From an archaeon (GTDB lineage Archaea > Asgardarchaeota > Thorarchaeia > Thorarchaeales > Thorarchaeaceae): a stretch of 64,000 nucleotides of DNA. Made by a program: the position numbers and the translations under genes. The notes under the pieces are model-generated. The model worked only from the letters and a program-made list of their open reading frames with translations. It was not told where the DNA came from and did not search any database. Below are positions 37,631-46,773 of the stretch, piece after piece; the stretch's first letter is position 1, and the number at the start of each line of letters is the position of its first letter. The stretch lies in NCBI GenBank assembly GCA_024276825.1, contig JAJRWI010000010.1, forward strand, positions 96,001 to 160,000. Direction: 5' to 3'.

Positions 37631-38317
37631 TTATTTGATAAATTGAATAATATTATTGATTATTAGTTGTAATGCTTCTAAGGACTTGCCAACATTGCCA
37701 TCCACTTCTAGACTGTGATCGGCATCTTGGACTCTGACATCCACGCCCTTGGTTGTTTGAACAATCTCATTGAGAGTCTGTTCGTCATAATGAGGATCAT
37801 TGGTGCCAATGATGAACAGAGATGTGGGCTTCTGTCGCTGAATCTGCTTGTACAATATTTCCTGCTTCAGGAGGGGAGTCAGCCAGATGAATTTCTGTTC
37901 ATTAATTCTCGACTTGCTTTCGGTCAAGTGGCCGAGTGCGAGCGTACCAATTGATTTTCCAACAAGCACATCGATATGAATACCAGCGTCAACAGCAGCC
38001 GCATAAATGTTTTCGGCTTCTGAATAAATCACATTGCGACGTTTGTCCCAATTCATCTCAAGAAACTCTGCCCAATCAGAGTAATTGGTTTCAGCAGCAA
38101 GCACGTTATAGCCAAGCTGGATAAGAGCTTTGGTCGTGTAATAAAGCAAAGGCATTCTGCAGTTGTAAGCAAGACCAGGAAAAACAATTGCAGTTTGGGC
38201 GGTTACTCGCTTCTGGCGATAAAGAGTGTTTGATATAGGCCGGTCATTATAACCCCTAATGTCAATAGACGAGTATGTGAAACACATAGTAATCACAGAG
38301 TCTATCATAAGGCTCAT
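37631..38317 (-). CDS. Alpha/beta hydrolase fold protein
   Basis: 'FPG.AY....PLLYY', nucleophile elbow GKSIG, 'IGTND', 'ADHSL' (Ser-Asp-His triad). Confidence 0.85.
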   Translation of the reverse strand: MSLMIDSVITMCFTYSSIDIRGYNDRPISNTLYRQKRVTAQTAIVFPGLAYNCRMPLLYYTTKALIQLGYNVLAAETNYSDWAEFLEMNWDKRRNVIYSEAENIYAAAVDAGIHIDVLVGKSIGTLALGHLTESKSRINEQKFIWLTPLLKQEILYKQIQRQKPTSLFIIGTNDPHYDEQTLNEIVQTTKGVDVRVQDADHSLEVDGNVGKSLEALQLIINNIIQFIK

Positions 38318-38423
38318 GAATTAAAGATTGTCAGTCAAGCGAACATTTATTATGCAACAAAAGCGAGAATGTATCAAACAATAAGGAGGTAATAATGTAT
38401 GGCAAAAGATTTCAGGTGGGATC

Positions 38424-38657
38424 GTGTTTGTCAGACGCTCGTTCTTAGCTTTGCCTCCTTCTGCGAAGTTTGTCTACGTGCTTCTTAAAAACAGTCGCCG
38501 GATGTCCCGGCAAGATTTGATTGATTCTACATTTCTACCCCCAAGAACAGTCAACTATGGTCTCAGTCGATTGAAGGCCTTAGGACTGATAAGGGAGATG
38601 GAGCACAAAGATGACGCGCGGGAGAGGGTATACGAGCTTGTGTCTGTACCAATGTGA
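38424..38657 (+). CDS. Small winged-helix transcription regulator (MarR/TrmB-like)
   Basis: AGGTGG RBS; 'LPPSAKFVY..L', 'LPPRTVNYGLSRLK..GLI', 'DARERVY'. Confidence 0.85.
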   Translation: MFVRRSFLALPPSAKFVYVLLKNSRRMSRQDLIDSTFLPPRTVNYGLSRLKALGLIREMEHKDDARERVYELVSVPM

Positions 38658-38787
38658 TCCGGCAAAGGAAGCACATGTCTGGAAGCCCCAGAGATGGCTT
38701 CCACCATATTGATTAGGATGACCTCTCCAAAACGCTCATAACCCACAGCCATCCCAAGGGATGCGTCATAAGAGAGAGGACATTACC

Positions 38788-40146
38788 ATGAACTTCTACA
38801 CTAATGCGGGTGTTGAACCAATAGGAGAGCTGAAAAGAACGCACTTCACTTCTGAGATTACACCTGAGATTGTAGGCAAAAAGGTCACTCTATTCGGATG
38901 GGTTCACATACTCAGGGACAAGGGAAAGATCAAGTTCTTGATACTGCGTGATGAACATGGAACAGTTCAGGTGACAATACCGCAGAAAAAAGTCACAGAG
39001 GTAGTGTTTAGTACTTCAGCCAAATTGAAACCCGAATATGCAATTGCTGTGACTGGTAAGGTTGTAGAGGCCAAGCAAGTCGCCAGTGGCGTCGAGATCA
39101 TCCCCACGATGATCAGAATAATCAATACTGCTGAGAGACTTCCAATTGATGTTGTTGAGGGCAAAGTGGACATTGATCTTGACACACGACTCAATCATAG
39201 GATATTGGACCTTCGCAAGCCAACAATCAATGCAATATTCAGGATTCAACACTCACTGGTCAGATTTGCAAGAGAGTTTCTTGAGAACAGAGATTTCGTG
39301 GAGATTCACACCCCCAAGATTGTGGCGGAGGCCACTGAGGGCGGTGCTAATCTGTTTGAGATAAAATACTTTGAGCGTCGTGCATTTCTGGCCCAGAGCC
39401 CGCAGTTCTACAAACAGCTGATGCTTCTTGCTGGATTTGGAAGAGTCTTTGAAATAGGACCAGTGTTTCGGGCTGAGAAACACAACACCAGACGACACAT
39501 CAATGAGTATACATCATTTGACTTTGAGATGGCATGGATTAACAGTGTAGAAGATGTAATGGACATGGAAGAACGAATGTTACATCACGCATTCAAAAAG
39601 ACCCGCGAGGCCGCTGCCACCGAGTTGGAGTTATTGGGAGTTGATCTGAAGGTGCCGAAGGTGCCTTTTAAGAGGATAAAGTATGCAGAGGTCATAGACC
39701 TTCTTAACGATGCAGGAAAAGAGATCACTATTCATGATGACCTCGACCCCGAGTCAGAGCGACTGCTCGCCGAGATATTCAATGAGAAGTTCAAGTCAGA
39801 CCTCGTCTTTATAACACACTACCCGCTTGAATTGCGTCCAGCATACACGATGCCAAGCCTGACGGAACAGGGAATGACAGAGAGTTTTGATCTGACTTAC
39901 AAGGGCATGGAGATCACAACAGGTGGTCAGAGAATTCATCTCTATGACTTACTTGTCGATCGCTTTAAAGCAAAGGGGTTCAATCCCGATGACTTTGGGT
40001 TTTATCTTAATCCGTTCAAATATGGAGCTCCCCCACATGGGGGTCTCGGGCTGGGTGTCGAGCGATTGACTATGCAACTTCTTGGAATAGAGAATATTCG
40101 AGAGGCCACACTTTTGCCAAGAGACCGCGACAGACTCACACCATAA
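38788..40146 (+). CDS. aspS: Aspartyl-tRNA synthetase, archaeal type (probably non-discriminating)
   Basis: OB fold 'GWVH..RD.G', 'TRL..R..DLR', '[10 protein letters not shown]', 'FRAE.HNTRRH', '[14 protein letters not shown]', 'PRDR.RL.P'. Confidence 0.96.
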   Translation: MNFYTNAGVEPIGELKRTHFTSEITPEIVGKKVTLFGWVHILRDKGKIKFLILRDEHGTVQVTIPQKKVTEVVFSTSAKLKPEYAIAVTGKVVEAKQVASGVEIIPTMIRIINTAERLPIDVVEGKVDIDLDTRLNHRILDLRKPTINAIFRIQHSLVRFAREFLENRDFVEIHTPKIVAEATEGGANLFEIKYFERRAFLAQSPQFYKQLMLLAGFGRVFEIGPVFRAEKHNTRRHINEYTSFDFEMAWINSVEDVMDMEERMLHHAFKKTREAAATELELLGVDLKVPKVPFKRIKYAEVIDLLNDAGKEITIHDDLDPESERLLAEIFNEKFKSDLVFITHYPLELRPAYTMPSLTEQGMTESFDLTYKGMEITTGGQRIHLYDLLVDRFKAKGFNPDDFGFYLNPFKYGAPPHGGLGLGVERLTMQLLGIENIREATLLPRDRDRLTP

Positions 40147-40183
40147 TACTCTGTACAAGTAATACTTGGTCTTAAAGACCTAG

Positions 40184-40987
40184 ATGGGAGTCTTAACATA
40201 TCTTCTCAGTGAGAGGAAGGAACACCAAAGGGAAGAACCGATGTACCTGCGAGTCCAATCAGAACTCTACGCATCAATAGCCACACTTGACAGACTGAAG
40301 AAGATGTATAATGTGGGGGTAGTTGACCCAAGGTCTTTTCAGCGAGAGTCTGAGGCCCTGATGATGGACGTGCAGGAACGTATTTCTGAGATGCGCAGGA
40401 TGGGAGTGGATTTCGGATCATTTCTCATGAATGAACGGATCATGGATGCCTTTCCTGATGCTGTGGAGATGCTTGGTATTCGTGGACCCAGTCAGACGCC
40501 TATTCAGAGAGGAATGACCAGAGAAGAGTATTTTGACTATCTGGGGCTCGCAGTCCTTGATGTCGCCACTGCAAATGCCTCCAAGGGACTGATGAGCCTT
40601 GCTGACATGATTGTTGAGGTCTCAAAGCTGTTGCCCCACCTTAAACCAATAAATTACAACGATGTGATAGAGGCAGTTAATATAGTTTCACACCATGGAC
40701 TGATTCCTGGAATAAGAACACTGCAGTGTGGTGTAAAGGTTGTTGAACTGAGACCTCTAGAACTTCGTGGCGATCAGGCAGAGGTTGTCAACCTAGCTGC
40801 GACAAAGGGCTATACAACAGTTGAGGAAGTGATGATAGCACTCAACTGGTCGAAGGATCATGCCACTCAGGTATTGAACAGCCTTGTTGATGCAGGGATG
40901 GCTGTTGCAGATAAGAAGTACTCTACAGGCTTCAAGTATTGGTTCCCTGGCCTTCGAGCAAGAGATAATTCAGACAGAGAAGACTGA
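40184..40987 (+). CDS. ESCRT-II Vps22/Vps36 (EAP30) winged-helix protein with an N-terminal Vps28-N-like domain
   Basis: C-half 'EYFDYLGLAVLDV...GLMSL...DVIEAV...P.EL..DQAEVVNLA..KGY.TV......NWS.......L..LV..GMA..D......YWFPGL' is EAP30. N-half 'SELYASIATLDRLKKMY..G.VD...F......L' is Vps28-N-like. Alternative start at ATG 40241. Confidence 0.85.
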   Translation: MGVLTYLLSERKEHQREEPMYLRVQSELYASIATLDRLKKMYNVGVVDPRSFQRESEALMMDVQERISEMRRMGVDFGSFLMNERIMDAFPDAVEMLGIRGPSQTPIQRGMTREEYFDYLGLAVLDVATANASKGLMSLADMIVEVSKLLPHLKPINYNDVIEAVNIVSHHGLIPGIRTLQCGVKVVELRPLELRGDQAEVVNLAATKGYTTVEEVMIALNWSKDHATQVLNSLVDAGMAVADKKYSTGFKYWFPGLRARDNSDRED

Positions 40988-40988
40988 T

Positions 40989-41666
40989 TCAGACCTTAAG
41001 TCGGATTGCACCCTTCTTCTTATCAACCCATACAGCAAGCTTGTTCTCGACAAGTATGCCAAGGATTTCAAGGAGGTCCTTCTCTGGAAGTGTCGAGAAC
41101 GCAAGCTTGTTGTTCTGTATCACTAGTGACTTCACATCGATGCGAGTGCTACCAGTTTTAAGTGCCCAGCGATATACAATCTGTGCCCATTCCTCAAGGG
41201 GTCTCCAGTGAATCCTCAGTTGCTTTCTATGAGTGCCAATCCATTCTGCCAGCCCTTTGTCGACAAGAATATCTGCTATAATGTTGAACGCCCTAGCCTT
41301 GTCCAAGATCTCTCTGAAGGGTCTGGTTGTGATGAACAGAGACACTGATACAACATGCATATTCATATATTCGGCCCATTCAAGAAGGAAGTCTGCCCAT
41401 TCTTCTGCCCACAATGGTACTGCTTCTTTAGACTCTGGAACATAATACATCCAATGTGCCTGTGAGCTGTCACCCCAAGAGGGTAGAAACGGTCCTAATG
41501 ATGGCTCCTCTTCCATCTTAGATTGTGACTCGTGAACATCATGAACTGCTGCTTGTGCAACCTGAGTTTCATTGATTTCTTCAGTCCTAGCAGTGGGGAG
41601 CGTTCTTGGTCGTTCTGGTTTTGGTTTCGCCTTTGCGCGTCGGCTAATTTTCTCATGAACACTCAT
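40989..41666 (-). CDS. vps25: ESCRT-II subunit Vps25
   Basis: 'W..EW..FLL.W', 'PF', 'LVDKGLAEW', 'IHWRPLEEWAQIVYRWA..TG', 'LPEKDL.EIL.ILV..KLA.W'. Confidence 0.9.
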   Translation of the reverse strand: MSVHEKISRRAKAKPKPERPRTLPTARTEEINETQVAQAAVHDVHESQSKMEEEPSLGPFLPSWGDSSQAHWMYYVPESKEAVPLWAEEWADFLLEWAEYMNMHVVSVSLFITTRPFREILDKARAFNIIADILVDKGLAEWIGTHRKQLRIHWRPLEEWAQIVYRWALKTGSTRIDVKSLVIQNNKLAFSTLPEKDLLEILGILVENKLAVWVDKKKGAIRLKV

Positions 41667-41669
41667 TGG

Positions 41670-42854
41670 TCATGGGCCCTCCATCCATTGGTGATATCTT
41701 CGGACATCATCAGGAGATGCCATAGGGACTATCTTCTTGATTGCCCGTAGGAAGTCGTTCATACTCACAGGACGGACCTTCATCTCACCTTCAGTGCTGC
41801 TCTGACCCATTACTTCTCTTATTGGCCCCATTGCAGCTTCTCGGCAGACTATGCTCAGATCTCTTCCACTATACCATTCAGTTAGTCTGGCCAGTTCGGC
41901 ATAATCAACATCATCAGCGATTTCAACATCAGTCATATGTATACGCAGAATCTCAGCCCTCGCATTCTCATTTGGTAGGGGAACATAGATCTTTCTCTCA
42001 AATCTAGATAGTAATGCAAAATCAATCTCCCATGGAAGGTTTGTTGCTGCCACAAGGGTCACTCGTTCATTAGGAGAACTGTTTAGACCTTGTAGCTCAG
42101 TCAGCAGTTGAGTCTTCATGCGGCGCTCTCCGCCAACATCATCATTGGACCGTGTATTGCCGATGGAGTCAATCTCATCAATGAATATTATGGATGGCTG
42201 GTGTTTGCGGGCGAGCTCGAATAGTTTCATAACGAGACGTTCCGACTCACCAAGCCATTTACTGACTATATTGCCCGCTGAAACATTGAAGAATGTCGCA
42301 TTGATCTCTGATGCCACAGCTTTGACTAACAAGGTCTTTCCGGTACCGGCAGGACCATACAAGAGAATTCCACGCCATGGCTGACGGGCCTTCCCCTTGA
42401 ATAACTCGGGGTGTTTAATTGGAAAGACTATTGCCTCATAGATCGCCTGCTTGGCATCATCGAGCCCTGCGACCTCAGACATCTTGACTCCAGGACGTTC
42501 TCTTATGATTGTGTCTGCGACCATCTCGCTGAGAATTCTATCATCAGAGTCAACAGGAGATGAGTCTTGTTGTGTTGAGTCGGATTGTGACGGCAGAGCA
42601 CTGACCGAAGACTCATTATCCGTGGCAGGTCTTCTGGTTATAGCAATCACCCGCTCAACACATTCCTGTGCCCTATCATAGTATAATTGCCTGACTTTGG
42701 GTAGTGTTGAAACCCGGTAGAGTTTTAGCAGGACCTTGCTAGCGCTGATGTAGAGTCTGCAGGCCTCCTTTCTCAGACCCCTTCTATCAAGATCAATTGC
42801 TTTCTGCAGCAGGTCACGTAGACCTTCTTCTGCGTAATTATTAGGTCCTGCCAT
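41670..42854 (-). CDS. vps4: Vps4 AAA+ ATPase with N-terminal MIT domain
   Basis: MIT 'LQKAIDLD..G....A...Y..A...L'; 'PWRGILLYGPAGTGKT'; pore loop 'SKWLGESE'; DEID; 'RRMKTQLL'; 'ATNLPW'; lies in the ESCRT locus. Confidence 0.95.
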   Translation of the reverse strand: MAGPNNYAEEGLRDLLQKAIDLDRRGLRKEACRLYISASKVLLKLYRVSTLPKVRQLYYDRAQECVERVIAITRRPATDNESSVSALPSQSDSTQQDSSPVDSDDRILSEMVADTIIRERPGVKMSEVAGLDDAKQAIYEAIVFPIKHPELFKGKARQPWRGILLYGPAGTGKTLLVKAVASEINATFFNVSAGNIVSKWLGESERLVMKLFELARKHQPSIIFIDEIDSIGNTRSNDDVGGERRMKTQLLTELQGLNSSPNERVTLVAATNLPWEIDFALLSRFERKIYVPLPNENARAEILRIHMTDVEIADDVDYAELARLTEWYSGRDLSIVCREAAMGPIREVMGQSSTEGEMKVRPVSMNDFLRAIKKIVPMASPDDVRRYHQWMEGP

Positions 42855-43013
42855 TTGAGCTCATACTCATCTCTATCATGCCTAATATTAACCTCTGTAA
42901 CACGAAACCACTAGAATGGCGGCCGCTCCTCATAATGCTTCATGTAATAACCTCATCTATCTTTATGGATCTATCAATGTGATACTCAGGTTTAAACAAT
43001 AGACAGAGAGATT

Positions 43014-43643
43014 ATGCTTGGAACGGTGAGACTCTTGGGCACAATACGCAAGGCCTTTATCTGGGGAAGAAGCAAGCCGAATATCAGTGAGATAAAGAGT
43101 AGATTAAGAATTCTAGTCAGACAGCTTCAAAGGCAAAAGATGAAGCTTGATAATGAGATCTCTGCGATCAAGGCATGTGCTGTGCGTGCCCGCAAGAACG
43201 GTGATATGGAGGCCTTCAGATCATATGCAGAAGAGCTTGTAAGGTTCAGACATCTGGCACTTTCAGTTGACAAATCTAGGCTATATCTGTTAAAGATTCT
43301 CAATCATATCCAGCAGGCTCAGACAACCGCAAAGACCTCATTAGTAATGGGAGAAGTTGGCAAAATACTTGGGATCCTTGGCGATGTGACTGATGTGTCA
43401 AGAGTTGTGGCAAATGTCGATGAGATTGCACGTAGGCTTGAGGAATTTGAGATAGAGAGGGGTATTGCAAGCACATCAATAGACTCGGCTACGAGCAGTA
43501 TTAGGCCAGATGAAGTAGCACGGACGATGGGTGAGATAGAGGCAATTGCAGGCATGTCGTCCGATAAGAGAATGTCAGCTGGTTCAGAAGCCGATTCACT
43601 TGAGGCCACAATAAGAGCTCTTGAACAAGAGCTCGATGTCTAG
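43014..43643 (+). CDS. ESCRT-III subunit, Vps2/24/46 (CHMP1-3/CdvB-like) class
   Basis: Amphipathic N-helix; 'LQRQKMKL....A.K.GDMEA.R.YA.ELVR.R'; acidic C-half; MIM1-like terminal 'DSLEATIRALE'. Confidence 0.88.
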   Translation: MLGTVRLLGTIRKAFIWGRSKPNISEIKSRLRILVRQLQRQKMKLDNEISAIKACAVRARKNGDMEAFRSYAEELVRFRHLALSVDKSRLYLLKILNHIQQAQTTAKTSLVMGEVGKILGILGDVTDVSRVVANVDEIARRLEEFEIERGIASTSIDSATSSIRPDEVARTMGEIEAIAGMSSDKRMSAGSEADSLEATIRALEQELDV

Positions 43644-43663
43644 AGATGAGTTATTGGTGATCT

Positions 43664-45232
43664 TTACCAATTGGAGTATTGGCCATGGGCAGATGCCCCA
43701 TTAATCTGATGACGAAGTTCGTAGAGTTCTCTCATGAGAATCCTGTGCCTTCTGGTGAAGTCTTCAGGAACAAGACGCCCCTCTCTGAACATGCGAACTG
43801 TGTCATCCAGTGCTATCTCAATCTCTGAGAGTTTACGTTGAATCTCTTCAATTCTATTGCTATCGTGATTGAGGTTTCCCATCATGAATCGATCAGAGCC
43901 AGTGGCAAATGTTCTGTCCAACTCCTGTTTGTAGGAGTATGGCGAGTAATCCTGTTGGTTATGCTCCATGAATGGACTTGTGGAATAATGTGGACCATCA
44001 AACATTACAGGATTTGGCGGTGGATATGAATGAGGGGATATTGTCTGAAACCGACCAGATAGTAGAGCATGAACAAGACTATCAATCTTGATTCGAACAT
44101 CCTCAATGTTAACGCTCTTCTGTTCGAGCTTACGCACCCGCTGAAGGTCCGTTTGAACATATCTACTAAAATTGCGTGCGATCTCGACAAAATCAGGCAT
44201 GACTTTCATTGTCTGCTCACTGCAGAGAATCTTGATCATGCCTTGTTTGAACCTCATCACTATGCGTTTTCTGAATCGTCCGTCTTCCTCAAATGATTTG
44301 AAGTATTGAAGTGGAAACTCGAACACAATATCGGTCTTCTTACGTACTCGGCCTGTTTCAGCTATGAATACCAGTCTTCGATTTGTGACGTATAGAGTGC
44401 CAAGTGCTTTATCATTCTTTAGAAAATCACTTCCAACAATGCGTATGTCTGAGAATGCACATACCGGGAGTTCGTTGACTGAGAGCTCGGCATACTCGTA
44501 AAATCCACAGAACTGATTGCGATAATAGTTCAGGCCATCAAGCTGGCGATCGATTTCTGCAATGACCTTTTGAATTGGTTCGATTGTGTCATTAATTGCT
44601 TTCTTGTACTGCTTGCATATCTCACTGACTCTATGAGCCACACCCTCGATGAATGGAAATTGAGAGGGCACCCATTGATTATGATTCATTAACCCCTTAG
44701 TTTCAGCAGCAAGGCGTTTTGCAATGATCTCGACCTGATTACTTATCCTGTTCTTGGCAGCAACAATATTCTCATGGCACTCCTCAATCTTGTCCTCCAG
44801 CCATTTATAGTGCAGAAAGCTTGACATCCTAAGAGAAACCAAGAGCTGCTTTGCAGAGTGAATCCGATTACTTGTTTCACGCAATTTGGTATGACCATAG
44901 TGAATCTCCATGATTGCATGACGCATCTCTTGTGCAAGGTCACGTCGTTTCTCTTCAATCAGTACTATACGGACTGAATGGCAGTTGGGGCAGATGTTGT
45001 CAATACGTTTGCCAGTACTAAGGCGATCTGACCCACACTCGGGGCATGATTCGAAGGTTTCGCCTGGCTCTGGGACTCCTAGGGAATGGTGGCAATTAGT
45101 GCACAAATAATACTCACTGTTTCGCGACTCCAGACAATCCACGCAGAGTATAGTTCCGCAGTCTTCACACATATGTGTGGCCCGGTTCTTATCACATATG
45201 CTGCATCGGGATGAGTTTGGATCAGCTGTCAT
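43664..45232 (-). CDS. Multidomain ESCRT-associated protein: B-box/Zn ribbons, coiled coil, GRAM/GLUE-like PH, Pro-rich linker, steadiness-box-like C-terminus
   Basis: Six CxxC pairs in the first 90 aa; helical region; 'GTLYVTNRRLVF...FPL..F.SFE' PH-like; 'PHSYPPPNP'; 'IALDDTVRMFREGRLVPEDFTRRHRILMRELYELR'. Confidence 0.75.
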   Translation of the reverse strand: MTADPNSSRCSICDKNRATHMCEDCGTILCVDCLESRNSEYYLCTNCHHSLGVPEPGETFESCPECGSDRLSTGKRIDNICPNCHSVRIVLIEEKRRDLAQEMRHAIMEIHYGHTKLRETSNRIHSAKQLLVSLRMSSFLHYKWLEDKIEECHENIVAAKNRISNQVEIIAKRLAAETKGLMNHNQWVPSQFPFIEGVAHRVSEICKQYKKAINDTIEPIQKVIAEIDRQLDGLNYYRNQFCGFYEYAELSVNELPVCAFSDIRIVGSDFLKNDKALGTLYVTNRRLVFIAETGRVRKKTDIVFEFPLQYFKSFEEDGRFRKRIVMRFKQGMIKILCSEQTMKVMPDFVEIARNFSRYVQTDLQRVRKLEQKSVNIEDVRIKIDSLVHALLSGRFQTISPHSYPPPNPVMFDGPHYSTSPFMEHNQQDYSPYSYKQELDRTFATGSDRFMMGNLNHDSNRIEEIQRKLSEIEIALDDTVRMFREGRLVPEDFTRRHRILMRELYELRHQINGASAHGQYSNW

Positions 45233-45386
45233 TTAGAAGCCTCTCTGCAAGCCTGTGAGTCTATCTGGCATTTTACAGGTTTAATCCCGTGTATTACATG
45301 CGACTGACTTCTACTGACCAATAATAATGTGTGAATCAAATCAGTTATATTTGCAATCAAGAGGGGGAGCATGAGAGGCGAACTCG

Positions 45387-46772
45387 ATGGAAGATCTTAC
45401 ACACGCTGCAATTGAAGCTGCGTTGAAAGTCGGAGTTAGTTTTGTTGACATTCGAATTGAAAACACTGAGTCTACGATCATTGAAATAAGTGATGGGGTG
45501 ACTAAACAGTCAATTGAGTCAAGACTCAAGGGTGCCGGGATTCGAGCCTTTGTTGATGGAGCATGGGCGTTTGCACAGACCACAGACCTGACAATTGAGG
45601 GGATGCGAGCAACTGGGGAGTCTGTTGCAAAGCTTGCAATGGCCACACGAAAACAAGTCCGTGAGAAGTTCGATATTGATGGACCAACATTCAAGGATAA
45701 GGTGCATTTTAGAGTCAGAAAGCATCTGAAGGATGTGCCTTTTGATGACAAGATTGCATTTGCAATGATGATAGACAAGCAGGCACGCGAATATGACAGT
45801 AGAATAGTGAACACACGGACAATCTATGGGGACACATGGACCGAGTTATACATTGCTAATTCGTTGGGCACATCAATCTATATCGAAAACTCACTACCAA
45901 GAATCATCTCGTTCACCACAGCCAAGGATGGAACGAACAGACAAAGAGGATACAGGTCTGTGGGGGTGAGAGGAGGATTTGAGGAGATGGAGAGTGAAAA
46001 GCCCCAGCATATTGGAGAGGAGTCTGCCAAACTTGTGATCAGTCTTCTAGACTCAATAGCTGTGAAGGGCGGTACCTATGATGTCATTATGGATCCTGTT
46101 TTCAATGGCGTCATGGTTCATGAGGCCTTCGGTCATGCATGTGAGGCGGACAACTGGCCAGCCCATACAACAGTTTTGGAGGATAAGATTGGAGAACAGG
46201 TCGGTCCTGAAGAGATGAACCTGAGCGATGACCCCACACTCAAAGGGGAACGTGGCTCATTCGAGTATGATTGGGAGGGGACAAAAACAAGAAAACGCAT
46301 ACTCGTCAAAGACGGGGTCTTGAACGAACTCTTGCATAGTCTAGAAACATCATCAAGGTTGGGCATGGAGCCAAACGGTGCAGCCAGATGTCAGTCTTTC
46401 AAGTTTCCGCCAATACCAAGAATGAGTAACACCTTCATGGAGCCTGGCGACTGGGATGTTGATGAGATGATTCAAGACATGAAAAATGGAATACTGTTAT
46501 GTGACTTTAATTATGGCTATACGGAGCCTTCAAAGGGACAGTTTATGTTTCAGGCAAACTACGGATATCTGATAGAGAATGGCGAGAAGACAAGGATGGT
46601 GAGAGATGTTTCACTCGCAGGTCAGATTCTTGAGGTGCTGCCAAAAATCGATGCAATTGGAAATGACTTCCAGATGGACCCTGGGACCTGTGGCAAGTCG
46701 GGACAAGGAGTACCAGACATGACAGGAGGGCCACATGCAAGGATAAGAAATGTACCAGTAGGAGGAATGTGA
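45387..46772 (+). CDS. tldD: TldD metalloprotease subunit
   Basis: 'G.GIR....GAW.FA', HExxGH 'VHEAFGHACEAD', 'DDPT', 'PRMSNT', 'CGK.GQ'. Confidence 0.93.
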   Translation: MEDLTHAAIEAALKVGVSFVDIRIENTESTIIEISDGVTKQSIESRLKGAGIRAFVDGAWAFAQTTDLTIEGMRATGESVAKLAMATRKQVREKFDIDGPTFKDKVHFRVRKHLKDVPFDDKIAFAMMIDKQAREYDSRIVNTRTIYGDTWTELYIANSLGTSIYIENSLPRIISFTTAKDGTNRQRGYRSVGVRGGFEEMESEKPQHIGEESAKLVISLLDSIAVKGGTYDVIMDPVFNGVMVHEAFGHACEADNWPAHTTVLEDKIGEQVGPEEMNLSDDPTLKGERGSFEYDWEGTKTRKRILVKDGVLNELLHSLETSSRLGMEPNGAARCQSFKFPPIPRMSNTFMEPGDWDVDEMIQDMKNGILLCDFNYGYTEPSKGQFMFQANYGYLIENGEKTRMVRDVSLAGQILEVLPKIDAIGNDFQMDPGTCGKSGQGVPDMTGGPHARIRNVPVGGM

Positions 46773-46773
46773 A

